Shown: positions 43,433-54,360 of the stretch, one piece after another
Numbering within the stretch: the first letter of the stretch is position 1
How the letters are laid out: each line of letters opens with the position of its first letter
Assembly: GCF_000760515.2 (NCBI RefSeq)
Contig: NW_013546722.1
Location: 1 to 64,000 of the forward strand
Direction of reading: 5' to 3'
DNA from: Mitosporidium daphniae
Lineage: Eukaryota
DNA length: 64,000 nucleotides
The notes under the pieces: model-generated
The model's input: the letters and a program-made list of their open reading frames with translations, nothing else
Database searches by the model: none
Told to the model about the DNA's origin: nothing
Program-made: the position numbers and the translations under genes

Positions 43433-45005
43433 TCACTGGGTGATGGCAATTAGGCCTCGATCTAAAGCAAGCTTGAACTTGAAGATATCCAAGGCAGCCC
43501 TGGCATCTTCCAGTGAAGAGTGTCCAATGTTGGCCTGGATCTTTTCCTGCAAATATCGCTCAGCAAGCCCTTTCAATCCGTACCTGTAATTTGGTCCCAA
43601 GTGATGGGGAAACAGCACCGAGGTGTCGATGATAAGGTCATGGGCTACCTAAAGGTGATCAGTTGATGTCATCGTTACCCTCACGGCATGCAGATCGTTT
43701 TCAATCGAGTGGCCCACAAGAACGACGCGTTCGGAACAAGATAACAAATCAACGACCCTTAGCTGCGCTTCTTCAAAAGAAACAATCGGTGGCCCATCCT
43801 TATTTTGTCCGTTAAAAGTTCCTTCGGTGATCCCAGAAAATGCGGTATTGTAATCAACCACTTGATCTTTGCTTTTGACAAGCAAATCAAGGAGCACGCT
43901 TTGGGAGTCCCACCCAACGATACTAATTCTTGCAAGAGAGAGACCACTGAGCGTATATATCTAGATGTGAAATCTCAGGGAATACCATTTCGCAATCGAT
44001 ACCCATGATGGTTATCTTTTGGTCATCAGTCCCAAGGAACGTAGGGTACGCATACGAATGAGTTACAACAGACCTGGAAAGATCTACTTTTGCGTCTGAA
44101 AATGCGGGCGAAGCCCCCATCTCAAAGTCTGCAATAGCTGGGATGCGATAGACATGAAGCTGGGCCAAAGAACACGCTGTCGAGTAGCGATCGCCCTCGC
44201 AGCAGCTCCACCGCTTAGTGTTATTCTTCCGCATGCCACGATTACTGTTTTCGGCATTTGCTGGAGGCCATCTTAGTTTTCCCTCGTGATACGCACATGA
44301 GGATGGGCTTGAAGACTTGTAGTAATTCGACGGAATAAATTCAATCTCGCATCGCTCGCATGCAACCGGATCGCTAGCGATAGACGTTTCTGAAGAAATA
44401 CGATATGAAAATCGGTAATCTTTTGAAGGAATCCCAACTTTGGCAGCTTGTTCGGAACTTAGCAAATACATTTGGATTTCTGAAAACCGTCTCGGCATTC
44501 CGAGGAGCACTTCGATCTTGGATGGCGGAGGCTGCGGAGCAGCAAAGGAAGCCACGGGAATCGAGTTGGCTGGAGCCGTGTCTTTCTCCGTTGTGCTCTT
44601 GTTTTCTTTGCCACTTTCATGGCCACAGTTTTCTTTGATCCATTTTGGTATCGCTTGCCTTTTCAAAAATAAAAGGTGAGAAGCCATTTCAGCAACGTAT
44701 GAGGTCTTTTTCATGCACCTTGATGCAGTTTTGCGCTCTCGCTCATATGCCATTTCCATAAATGGAAATGTATAAATGCATGCACCGGGCTCCTTTTCAT
44801 TTGAAGGAGAGTCCGGTATGGCTCGCTTTAGCTTGACCTCATCGAGAAAGATTCGGAACATTTTCTCAAGAGTAGTTCGACGCAGAGATATTGGGATATT
44901 CTGGTTGACAGATTCCAAAGGATCTGGAAGACTCGAATTCAGAGTTGCAACGTGAGCTATCCGGCGGCCTGAAGGCCCCAGATCGCCCAAACTGCCGATT
45001 TGCAT
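43433..45005 (-). CDS. DEDDh RNA exonuclease (REXO1/Rex1-Rex3-like; short introns)
   Basis: C..C...F...C.YH.G...W.CC region. GIDCEM, DYNT.FSGIT, VGHSIENDL, GHSSLEDA. Confidence 0.88.
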
Positions 45006-45518
45006 TTTCAAAATGAAAGTCTTGAAAGGATTGTGAATGTTAAATTAAATTAATTAACTCTCCAAACTGGTAAAGTCCGTTTGGATTGATGCGCCCCTAA
45101 AACGCAGACATCACCGCGTTGGTTTCGGCCGGTTTTGAGTCAAATTGCATTTACATATACGTATTAGAGCACTTGTCCCGGAAATTGCTGCCTTCAACAC
45201 ATCTGCATCGAGGTTTCGTCCAAAAAACGGCAGCTACTTTCCTCGTTGCTGGCGATGTCAACTCGCCTGTATCTCGAAGCTTTTGCCGCGGTACGTCCAC
45301 TGCCTATTTCAACTTCAACTTGAACTTGTCTTTCCAGCTCATGTTCAGCCCCACGTGAACGTTTAGCGACGGTTTCTGGTCCTCCCTTAACTTATTGGCA
45401 TTCGCCTCCGTTTGGCTTATTTTTAACGCCTCTGGACGGCTATGTTTAGCGGCAACTAGTTTATATGTAAAATTTAAATTTAAAGTTTGTAAAAAAGTTT
45501 GAAATAAAGTTTTTTACA

Positions 45519-46322
45519 ATGTCGGCTGCTTTGGGCGAAATGTCCTCCTCTCCCGTGATTATCGAGACGCTCACAGAAGAGCGCATTGATGATGTGGGTC
45601 GGAAAGTGATCACAAAGAGAAAAATCCAGAAAAAGCTCGTCGTTAATCAAGTCTCTGAAATTATTGCGTCACGCCGGTCGTGGACCAAGTTCGGTGAAGC
45701 ACGATCCCATCCACCAGGCCCAAATACCAAAACAACGCTGCTTGGTGAGCCTGTTTTCCTATACCTCGCTGCAGGCAAAGACTTTGAGCTTGAAGAGTCT
45801 GGCCAATCCACCATCCTAAAGCTGGAACAGTCCAAATCCATCACTTGTCGCTATTGCGAGGGTTCTCACTGGACCAGGCAATGTCCCTATAAAGATAGAT
45901 TTGTTGAAGCAGCGGAAGACTCGAAATCTTCAATCGATTCCACTGCAAAGTCTCCAGCGTTTACTGCGCCAGAACTAGCTGGGCGTAAATATGTTGCACC
46001 AAGCCTTCGTTCAAAGGACTCTTCATCATCCAGCCATATTGCGTCATCCCCTTGTTCCTCGTCCTCCGGTCCCGAGGTATACACAGTCAGGGTAACAAAT
46101 TTGTCCGAAAATACCACGGAAAACGATCTTCGCGAACTGTTCCTGTGCGCCGGAACAATTTCTCGTTTATATTTATCCAAAGACCCGGCCACCAATCTCT
46201 GCAAGGGCTATGCGTTTGTGTCGTTCTATAAAAAATCCGATGCTGATCAGGCCATTGCAATGATCAATAACCATGGATATGACAATCTCATTTTGAAAGT
46301 TGAGTTCGCCAAGTACAACTAA
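45519..46322 (+). CDS. TIF35: Translation initiation factor eIF3g
   Basis: RRSWTKFG, CRYCEGSHWT.QCPYK, YVAPSLR, RRM ending GYDNLILKVEF. Confidence 0.96.
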   Translation: MSAALGEMSSSPVIIETLTEERIDDVGRKVITKRKIQKKLVVNQVSEIIASRRSWTKFGEARSHPPGPNTKTTLLGEPVFLYLAAGKDFELEESGQSTILKLEQSKSITCRYCEGSHWTRQCPYKDRFVEAAEDSKSSIDSTAKSPAFTAPELAGRKYVAPSLRSKDSSSSSHIASSPCSSSSGPEVYTVRVTNLSENTTENDLRELFLCAGTISRLYLSKDPATNLCKGYAFVSFYKKSDADQAIAMINNHGYDNLILKVEFAKYN

Positions 46323-46422
46323 CCAGCTAACTAACAAACCACCCAATCAACCAAATAAATTACCACTTCCCGTTTTGGAATCATGCCAACTTTATTTGGA
46401 TCTTTGATTCGATATTTGATTA

Positions 46423-46743
46423 ATGCGAGATGGGATTTTATTTTTCATGGGCAAGGAAATGTCTGACTTGCCTCTCAATCCAATCGATTGCGAAAACACC
46501 GATGTATCGCAGCACCCTTGGGCCAGTTTGTCCGAATATATAATTTATAACGACGGGGAAGAGGCGGATGCATGGGCGGTAATAGTGAACAAAGACTTGG
46601 GAGACACTCACTTTGACAAAATCCTGGAAAAGCCGCCGCACGGGCTTGGATCTCTTTGCAAAGTTGTCATTGACTTGATCTATATCTCCATTGAGTACGA
46701 ATCATTAGCTTTACATCACTTTTTAGATTTGAATTGTGCATAA
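46423..46743 (+). CDS. Possible small hypothetical protein (106 aa)
   Basis: ATG-started ORF that fills an otherwise empty gap. No motif recognised. Confidence 0.35.
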   Translation: MRDGILFFMGKEMSDLPLNPIDCENTDVSQHPWASLSEYIIYNDGEEADAWAVIVNKDLGDTHFDKILEKPPHGLGSLCKVVIDLIYISIEYESLALHHFLDLNCA

Positions 46744-46834
46744 TAAATTCTTTTTTGGATGTTTTATTCAGCATTGGATAGTATCGTATAATGAAATAAA
46801 ATTTATTAAATGCAAATTTTATACTTTTGTATAA

Positions 46835-47316
46835 ATGCCCATAGATCATACGAGAGATCCTTGGTAATGCTTTCGATTTTTATTTTTATTTATAGCCCAT
46901 GGAGGATATTGGAAGACGCGGGAATGGCTTTCGCCATGGGAACCATTGGCGGTGGAACTTGGCACTTTGTTAAAGGCTATCGGAACTCCCCAATTGGAGA
47001 TAGGCTTCGTGGTGCTCTCAAGTCCATGCAATATAGAGCACCGGTTCTTGGTGGTAATTTTTCAGTGTGGGGAGGCATGTTTTCCACATTTGATTGTGCC
47101 CTAATATCTCTGCGCCAAAAGGAAGATGCTTGGAACGCCATCGCAAGCGGTGCACTGACCGGGGGTGTTCTTGCAGCCAGAGGCGGCCCCGCCATGTCCT
47201 TTAGAAGTGCCCTGATTGGCGGTATCTTTCTTGCACTTATTGAGGGTGCCGCTTTGGGGTTGAATAGGATATTTGCAGAACAATATCGGCCCCCTTCAAC
47301 CGCCCCCTCAAGCTGA
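46835..47316 (+). CDS. TIM17: Mitochondrial inner-membrane translocase Tim17 (1 intron)
   Basis: Spliced MPIDHTRDPCPWRILEDAG.AFAMG.IGG; RAPVLGGNF.VWGG.FSTFDC; KED.WNAI.SG. Confidence 0.95.
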
Positions 47317-47347
47317 TGCCGGCTTTGACGAAATAAATTATGTTTTA

Positions 47348-48088
47348 TTAGAAGTGTTCCTTTGGAACGTCTCGAATAGAATCGACGATAATTCTAGGCA
47401 TCATTCGACGATCTTTTCTTTTTATCTTTTTGGTCAGCGAACGTTTAAGCTTTGAAGAGGGAATCGCTATGCTTGGAGGCTGCTGTACCAAAGGCTTTGT
47501 CGCATATTTGCTTTTGGAGCGTTTTCTTGGAATTTTCCGGATTTTTGCTGTCTGCATGGCAGCCAAAAGGGAACGAAGCCCTCTTCTTTTTCTCAGCTTG
47601 AATGCAGGTCTATGAGGTCTTTGTATGAGATCCTTTTTGGTAAGCTTCTTTTCCTGCTGTATAAAGGATTGCCCCTGCTTCTCTTCTTTTTCGGCATTTT
47701 TATTTTTACTTTCGTCTTCTTTGAGGGAAGGCTTTGAAGATGGCATAGAGGGGAACTCAAATTCGTGGTCTAGATCAACGATTGCTTTTTTCCATGCACG
47801 AGTGCGGGTATCGACCCCATTTTCTTTGTAATATTTCGGTATAAAGTTATACGTAGAGATTTTCAAAATATTCAATCCATAGATTTTGGTAAGATACTGG
47901 TACAGATCGAATTTGGTAATGTGAGAGGGAACTCTGAAGCTCGCCTGGTTTTTCCTATGGTGCGGAGCAGAAAGAAGGAGTGTGACCGTGTATTTTGGAA
48001 AGTACACTGCCGGTCCCTTTGGCTCTATTGCCACAAACGGCTTTTTTGGCATGGATGAGGCGGCAGTTGGGGCCCTTCGAAGGAGCAT
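47348..48088 (-). CDS. MRP20: Mitochondrial ribosomal protein uL23m
   Basis: Presequence-like MLLRR. VYFP...TLL, FRVP..TKFDL..YL..IYGL, WKKAIVDL...FEFP. Confidence 0.8.
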   Translation of the reverse strand: MLLRRAPTAASSMPKKPFVAIEPKGPAVYFPKYTVTLLLSAPHHRKNQASFRVPSHITKFDLYQYLTKIYGLNILKISTYNFIPKYYKENGVDTRTRAWKKAIVDLDHEFEFPSMPSSKPSLKEDESKNKNAEKEEKQGQSFIQQEKKLTKKDLIQRPHRPAFKLRKRRGLRSLLAAMQTAKIRKIPRKRSKSKYATKPLVQQPPSIAIPSSKLKRSLTKKIKRKDRRMMPRIIVDSIRDVPKEHF

Positions 48089-48171
48089 TGCCAATTAAAA
48101 ACTGCCATCGATAAAATTTAATTTAATTGACACTCGAGCTAGCTATTCACTTTGCCATTTGCTATTCTCTG

Positions 48172-48791
48172 ATGGCACTGATAATATCAAAGCTCGTGGG
48201 GCAATACTGCTCGCCAGACATCGGTCTTTTGCAAGAGCGACTAAGATTAATTTCCTTTAACGAGCATCTTTTACAGGAGACCGAAATCCTATGCGCTTCC
48301 ATTCACGATGGCAGGTGAGATGGCTCCAATTTCGCTTAACAAATAGCTCTTCAATACTTCATTATCTCAAGCAAATCGGGGTTGGCGGAAACACCAGCCA
48401 TGAGTTTTCTGTATACGGAAATGTCCAGAAAGCATACTCCATGATTGTTCAAAGCAAAACCACATCGAAGATTCTCAAGGGAAGCAATCAAGATGTTCTG
48501 ATCATTCTTCAGTCAATGGGCTTCGTGGCGAAGAAGAAATTTCTTCGAAGGGGATACCATTACATGCCCATTAACACTGCTCTTCCGAGCAGAACCATCG
48601 TTCACGTGAAGATATATCAATTGTTTGAAGAGGCCGATGGCGAAAGCCCTATCCAACCGCCCGGCGTTTGGATTGTCGAGGCGCTTGTGCAATCTTCTTC
48701 TAAAGATGAATTGCCCATCGCAGAGCTGGCCCTCAAGGGAACAGCCAAGGCTCTAGAAGATCTAGTTGAATTGAAAAAAATTGTATTTTAA
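48172..48791 (+). CDS. Mediator subunit Med18/Srb5-like (1 intron)
   Basis: N-terminal LVG......LQERL. ILQSMGFV.KKKFLRRGYHY, VKIYQL, C-terminal L..LVELKK. Confidence 0.6.
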
Positions 48792-48962
48792 CCGGTGTTC
48801 GTGTGGTTAATCTATTTATCCCTTATGGATCTGACAATCAGATTAGGTTTATTGATTGAATATGCGGTCTGGATCTGTTATATTTGACATCAATTGCGGT
48901 CCGTTTAATTATTTGACGTGCCGTATAAATTTAATTGAGCAAAATTAAAATTTATAATTCGG

Positions 48963-50042
48963 ATGTTGTTCAGTTTTCTGAAGGCCAATCGCGGCCCCGT
49001 TATCGCGGCCAGTGTTGTCGGAATTCCGTCGGCACTTTTTGCCTGGGATAGATTTGAATCAAACAGGCTTTTAAACAACTATAAGGCCTTGGCTAAATCA
49101 TATGGAGACTCTCCAATGCCACACAATCAGCTCCCAACAAAAATGACTTTTCTTGTAGAATCTTGTGATAAAGAGAGCCTTTCAAAACAATTTGAGCTTT
49201 TTGAGGAATTCATTGAGCCCATTCTTACCGCAGCTGGATTGGAATTTGAATGGATCGAAGCTTCTGCGAAAAAGCACCTTCAGCAACTAGAGGAAGACGA
49301 TCAGAAATCTCAGTCCAGTAGCTTTGCTGACATCAATTCGTGGCGCGTCCATAAATGGCTTAATAAGGAAATTAATGAATTAGAAAATACGAAGCTTAGA
49401 AATGATGCCTATGAAAATCTTTCCACTCTCAATAAGATTGCGATTTATTTGGGGTTGACGAGTCCTCCAACTACGCAGCAGCTTTTTGGCAAAGGGCAAC
49501 AAATTTTGAAGAATTCTGGGCCTGCTCACACGGACGCGGAAAGCGAGCCTGCCGCAGGTGGAGATTTTGAGCAACATATACTGACGGCCAAAGAAAAGAT
49601 CCTAAATTCTCTTCTGCCAAAATCACCTGGCCTTCAAGCCTTTCAGCAGGGACTGATAATATTTGGGGAAGCAAATGAGTTCCGAGCTGTTTTTAGGACC
49701 GTTCGTGGCGTGTATGCAGAGAAGCCTGAAGGCTGGATGCTTGCCTTTGGACAATATCCTTTTCGTTTCGGGTTTATTTCAAGTCCACGTAAACGCTCTT
49801 TGGTCCAACGCATGTTTTTTAAGCACCGACTTGCGCGTTCATTGCTTTCAAGTGCATTTGATGTTGCCTCCGATGATTTCCTTCTGTTAAACCCCGTCAT
49901 TGAACAAAGTCTTGTTGTGCCAAAGGGAAACGTCCCTTCAAGCACGGATGTTTCTGAGTGCTCTACAAATTGCGTTCTTTCGCCAACGGGCACAATATTA
50001 CTTTTAAAGACGGCCACGGCCACGGCCACGGAAGCAACTTAG
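48963..50042 (+). CDS. TIM54: TIM22-complex subunit Tim54
   Basis: N-terminal TM then WDR, P.KMTFLV, FEEFIEPILTAAGLEFE, matching the Tim54/AGK pattern (YVKP.L..AGLDYE). Confidence 0.7.
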   Translation: MLFSFLKANRGPVIAASVVGIPSALFAWDRFESNRLLNNYKALAKSYGDSPMPHNQLPTKMTFLVESCDKESLSKQFELFEEFIEPILTAAGLEFEWIEASAKKHLQQLEEDDQKSQSSSFADINSWRVHKWLNKEINELENTKLRNDAYENLSTLNKIAIYLGLTSPPTTQQLFGKGQQILKNSGPAHTDAESEPAAGGDFEQHILTAKEKILNSLLPKSPGLQAFQQGLIIFGEANEFRAVFRTVRGVYAEKPEGWMLAFGQYPFRFGFISSPRKRSLVQRMFFKHRLARSLLSSAFDVASDDFLLLNPVIEQSLVVPKGNVPSSTDVSECSTNCVLSPTGTILLLKTATATATEAT

Positions 50043-50164
50043 TTGTATTGATTGGACTGGGAAAGCTTGCCAAAAGTAAATTATTTTTTGAACTCTCGTG
50101 TTTCCGTTGGAAAAGTGAGATGTTACATTAAAAAAGAAAAATCTCTAGACTTTATAATACTCGG

Positions 50165-50388
50165 TTAGAGGGGCACGCCACATGATATCAAAAGTAAAAC
50201 GGTGCCGCACGCAAGGGCTAAGCTAGAAAAGGCCGAAAAGATGAGGGCGCCAGGGAGCTGTGACGAAGAGCGGGTGGATTCATCTACTTTTCTAGAGATT
50301 AATAAAAACCGTACATAATAGTTGTTGCTGAGAAGAAAAGCCCGAACGAAAGCAAAGCAAGTGCAGAAAGCAGCAGCAGCGAGGCCAT
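50165..50388 (-). CDS. OST5: Oligosaccharyltransferase subunit Ost5/TMEM258, 66 aa (intron 50292-50314)
   Basis: Spliced: MASLLLLSALALLSFGLFFSATTIIKVDESTRSSSQLPGALIFSAFSSLALACGTVLLLISCGVPL*. Two TMs with the Ost5 C-terminal S...S.....G...L....GV pattern. Confidence 0.75.
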
Positions 50389-50540
50389 CAACGCGGATTG
50401 ATAAAATTAATTTCCAAATTCAAGTACACTTTCAATTTTCAAATGTGACATTGAAAGCTCGTTTACATGTTTTGCCCCTTTTGGAGTGGCATGGACCTTG
50501 TTTTCAATTGCTTATTGCGGACATATTTTTTCCATATACG

Positions 50541-51063
50541 ATGATGAGAAATGGAAATAGAAACATCTTCATACTGCTAGTCATCGTGACCTTTTCTCTT
50601 CTCATTTTGTTTGCCATTATGCTTGCTCTCTTTCGAATATCCGTGGGAACCCAGCTTGCCGTCTCTGATGATAGCATTGAAGAGAAAAAGTATAAAAGCG
50701 TGCCAACCAAATTTTTGAATGCATCGGATGCACCTCTGTGGCCTAAAGTGGCTTCTGTCTATCCAGGGCTTTGAAAAATTACAACCCATTCCAAAACCCC
50801 TCGATTGCAACTACGTTCTTGATCCCTTGGCCTTGTGCCCAAAAATAGCCTTTAAAAAAGCACAGGACCCCTCTTTAAAAGGAAAAAATTCCCAATCCGG
50901 AGCAGAAAGCCCGGCACTTTATTCCTTCCTTAGATCGGCAAACATATTGATGCGTATTCCACTAGAGAAGACCGCGCTTATCAAAATCTTCTCCATGTAT
51001 TGTCACATGTCGCGTTCATTTTTTCAAGCATACTTTGATGCCAAGAACAGCGTAAATATCTAA
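50541..51063 (+). CDS. Type II membrane hypothetical protein (needs a 19-nt intron or a frameshift); may be a pseudogene
   Basis: MMRNGNRN followed by a TM. Frame change near 50748-50766. Confidence 0.4.
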
Positions 51064-51366
51064 TGATATACATGAGAACAAACAGCTCCTATACGTGAAA
51101 ATACCAAAAGGGTCGTTGCATCATTGAAGGTTTATAGTGCAGAGGCCACTAAATATGGCATGAAGGTGCTTAACGAGAACCACTCTGGACCATGGGGCAT
51201 GCGCCTGCTCCTTCTACGTTTCTCAAGCGAACCGTTATTTTCTCATGGCCGCCAAGAGCCGTTTCTAGCCAAAGGCATTATTGAGGCTCAAGCAAAGAAA
51301 GAGCTTATCAACAAACTCGCTCATGTAGCGTGCTATTTTTCGTTAAAGAATAAATTTTTTGTTACT

Positions 51367-52163
51367 ATGTTTAATGAGCATCCCTCCCTTTGGGAAATAT
51401 ATCTACAAAAGAAATGCATGGAAGTTAGCACGGCCGTTGCAGCAAGCGCAGACTTTCTGCATATACTTTCCATCGCTACGGCGCCTGGCATGGTAATCGG
51501 GATTACCGGACCCCCAGAGTGCGGAAAATCATTCATGTTGGCCATGGTCGCACTTGTTTCTGCTGCCGAGAGCAGCATTATTATCGGTAAGTTCAGGTTT
51601 CTTTTGCTAGATTCTGAAGGTGGGTTTCCGGCACGTCATCTTTTGGCCAGACTCGCTCAAAAATACTTTTCCAACGCTCACGCGCTCCACAACAACCCTG
51701 GAATGCTTCAAACTTGGTTCGAGGTTCAAGATATGGATGAATTTTACGTTGCATTTGTCGAAGCCCTGAAAACGACCCCGGATGGGGCATTGTTGCTGAT
51801 TGATTCACTTACACGGCCACTTCGTTTTTCGATGGCATCCAAAATTTTGCCGGGAAATGATTGTACCCTGCCAGCAAACCTCAAGACGGTTTCGTGCCTA
51901 ATTCAACATGCATCCAAGGATCTCGGAAACTCTGTATCGGGAATTTGCTGATTTTGTCGTAGGTGGCGTTCACAAACCATCAATCCAGGATAGGTTCACC
52001 ACGGCCCGCCTTTGCACAGATGATCTGGAATCGGTGCTGTGACCTGATGATCACCATGCTTCAGCTGCAACCAGATGGCTATTTCAAGCTTCAAATATCG
52101 ACGCCAACAGTGCCACCCCGTATCCTTTTTGTAAATGCAGAAAATCTTTCCACGATTTGCTGA
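51367..52163 (+). CDS. Rad51 paralog / RecA-fold ATPase (intron 51934-51962)
   Basis: Walker A GPPECGKS, LLDSEGGF, Walker B LLLIDSL, spliced VAFTNH...RPAF..IW. Confidence 0.8.
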
Positions 52164-52250
52164 TGAGAAGACCAACACCACGGACTTGATCTTCTGCCAT
52201 CGGGAGCTTATTGAAATTGAATTTATGTGGGCCATTAAAAAGTAATTTAA

Positions 52251-54254
52251 TCAAACGTCTGCCGGAATGGAGCAGAGGAAATTAAGAGACGCTTTATCGA
52301 GCTTGCTAACGAGCAGATGGGCTGAAAAGCGGCCCCGCCATAAGGGGACCACGATAAAACTCGATCTATTCGCGATCTGGGCAATATGGCATCCGATAGG
52401 GAGTGGTTCCAAAGCCTCCCTTAAGGAGGGGGAAAGTTCTTCTATACGCACGAGTTGACTCTTGGCCTTTTCCTTGGTGGGTACAAGTGGTGTGTCTTGT
52501 ACAGGCAGCTTATCTTGTTCAAATTCAATTGACAAGTTTGTGTCGGTAGAATTAAGTTGATCTGAAGCATCCTGCGGGGCACCATCAACTTGGTCTGAAG
52601 CATCCTGCGGGGCACCATCAACTTGGACAGGCGCTGCACTATTCTTATTTGCAGAGGCATTATCCGTCAACAGAGAAAGGATATCCGAAGGATCACTGAT
52701 AGAAATAATTCGTGAAGTGTCCATAAATGGTATCAAATAAGGCAATGCCGAGTATTTGATTCGATACGAGTCGTTGCCATCTTGGCGCGCAAATGCAGCA
52801 AGACCCGTATATAGCACGAGGTGAGCTGCACCTCTAGCGGACCATGCTTCTGAAAAACTTCGAGCTTTTGCAGAAATCAGTGAAAGATGAGGTAAAAGTT
52901 TCTGGCTTTGACCATCTTCAGAGTCACCATCGGGCGTCTTCCTGGCAATGATGAGATCGGTGAGTGGTGTTTTAGAGACACCTCTAAGCCCCCACTGGTC
53001 CAGTGCTACATCAATCGCCTCAGCAAAATAAGCAGGCATAGGATCCGCTTTTTGAGCAGATACCGCCTCCACTTTAGATTTTGATTCCACAACTCCATCC
53101 TTAGATTGAGGCACTAGGTCCGCCCGATCACAATGTTTGCTTTCAATCACTGCAACGAAAAAGCCACCAGTGTCCTGAAGGTGAGGATAAAAGCGCATGC
53201 ATCGCTCTGTAGCGAGATCTGGGGAACCCCTAGACAGACCCGGTCGCCGTTTAAGATCAACAAGCTGTTGGGTGCAATCAACAAGTGAAAACTCCGCATG
53301 GCGTTTTTCAAGGACCGCTGCGATAACATCCTCATTCTCAATTGGATTCATGGAGCATGTAGAATATACTAGCTTGCCTCCTGGACGCAATAGCGAGAGC
53401 CCCCTGTTGAGGATGGCAATTTGCAGCGGCTGCAGAGCCTGAGCGTCTCGTTCGCTCCATGTGCGCCAGATCAACTTATTCTTGCGAAGGGTACCATCGC
53501 CTGAACAAGGAACATCACAGAGGATCTTGTCAAACTTTTGAGACGTCGGGAATTGCGAGGCATCCACTGTGGTCACCACAAGCGATGGTGAGTTCATACG
53601 CTTTACTTGGTGTACCATCATTGAAGCACGATCAACATCCACATCATTTGCCACAACGACACCTGTAGGCAGAGGCAGTTGCTCGCTACAAGTTGCAGGG
53701 GTTTCAAAAGATCCAGTATCCGGGCCACATCGCATCATCTCTACCAGCTGGCATGTCTTTGAGCCTGGGGCGGCGCACATATCCAGCACAGAATCGCTGG
53801 GTAGAGTTTTGAGAAAGAGCGGTGGGATCATAGAGACAGCTTCTTGGCGGCAGATGTTACCAACTTCTGTTTCACGCACCAAAAGACTGTGTAGCTTGGC
53901 ATAGTGCGTTTCTCGCCGCACCTGAGTGCGTCCCGCAGCTACTTTCCAGGCTGAGCCTGGCGCAGGATACCATTCGATGCGCTCCAGAAAAGAAAACTCC
54001 TTGGAAAGGTATTTTTCCAAAAGCCCAGACATCGAGGAAAACGGCAGGCGGAAAGTAACAGGAAGTGGCTCTCGCATCCGCCCAATAAAATCTTCCCACT
54101 CCTGCTCTGGAATAACAGATCCCCTGTAATAAGACTCGAAACGGTCGTTTTTTAGCTCGATTTGGCGAAATTCAGCACGCGGGCGAGATGCTGACAAGGT
54201 CGAGAAGGGCTTCTTCTGTGCACCACTTCTTTTGCGTCGCTTACTAAATGCCAT
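52251..54254 (-). CDS. NCL1: tRNA m5C methyltransferase Trm4/NSUN2
   Basis: RQEAVSMIPP, VLDMCAAPGSKT, ILCDVPCSGDGTLRK, VYSTCSMNPIENE, PHLQDTGGFF. Confidence 0.95.
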   Translation of the reverse strand: MAFSKRRKRSGAQKKPFSTLSASRPRAEFRQIELKNDRFESYYRGSVIPEQEWEDFIGRMREPLPVTFRLPFSSMSGLLEKYLSKEFSFLERIEWYPAPGSAWKVAAGRTQVRRETHYAKLHSLLVRETEVGNICRQEAVSMIPPLFLKTLPSDSVLDMCAAPGSKTCQLVEMMRCGPDTGSFETPATCSEQLPLPTGVVVANDVDVDRASMMVHQVKRMNSPSLVVTTVDASQFPTSQKFDKILCDVPCSGDGTLRKNKLIWRTWSERDAQALQPLQIAILNRGLSLLRPGGKLVYSTCSMNPIENEDVIAAVLEKRHAEFSLVDCTQQLVDLKRRPGLSRGSPDLATERCMRFYPHLQDTGGFFVAVIESKHCDRADLVPQSKDGVVESKSKVEAVSAQKADPMPAYFAEAIDVALDQWGLRGVSKTPLTDLIIARKTPDGDSEDGQSQKLLPHLSLISAKARSFSEAWSARGAAHLVLYTGLAAFARQDGNDSYRIKYSALPYLIPFMDTSRIISISDPSDILSLLTDNASANKNSAAPVQVDGAPQDASDQVDGAPQDASDQLNSTDTNLSIEFEQDKLPVQDTPLVPTKEKAKSQLVRIEELSPSLREALEPLPIGCHIAQIANRSSFIVVPLWRGRFSAHLLVSKLDKASLNFLCSIPADV
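52561..52626. repeat. Perfect in-frame 33-bp tandem duplication inside NCL1
   Basis: tctgaagcatcctgcggggcaccatcaacttgg twice, encoding QVDGAPQDASD twice. Confidence 0.97.
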
Positions 54255-54360
54255 GTGGGGGCGGTTGCAATTCGAAAACCGTGTATTTTTGTTGTGGGTT
54301 TTATTTTTATTTTTTATTTTAATTTTAATTGTCAATTTGGTTCAATGAATTCCGGATGCT

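Noticed and set aside
45066..45460. RNase P/MRP-like words (ggtaaagtcc...ggctta; ggaaattgctgc...gcggcaa)
   Set aside because: The conserved CR-V adenosines are missing, and the first pairing leaves no room for P1-P3. Kept only as an unexplained region.
54297..54332. Basic N-terminal extension of NCL1 (IKIKIKNKNK)
   Set aside because: Translation of a T-rich promoter repeat from a non-ATG start. The real start is likely 54254.
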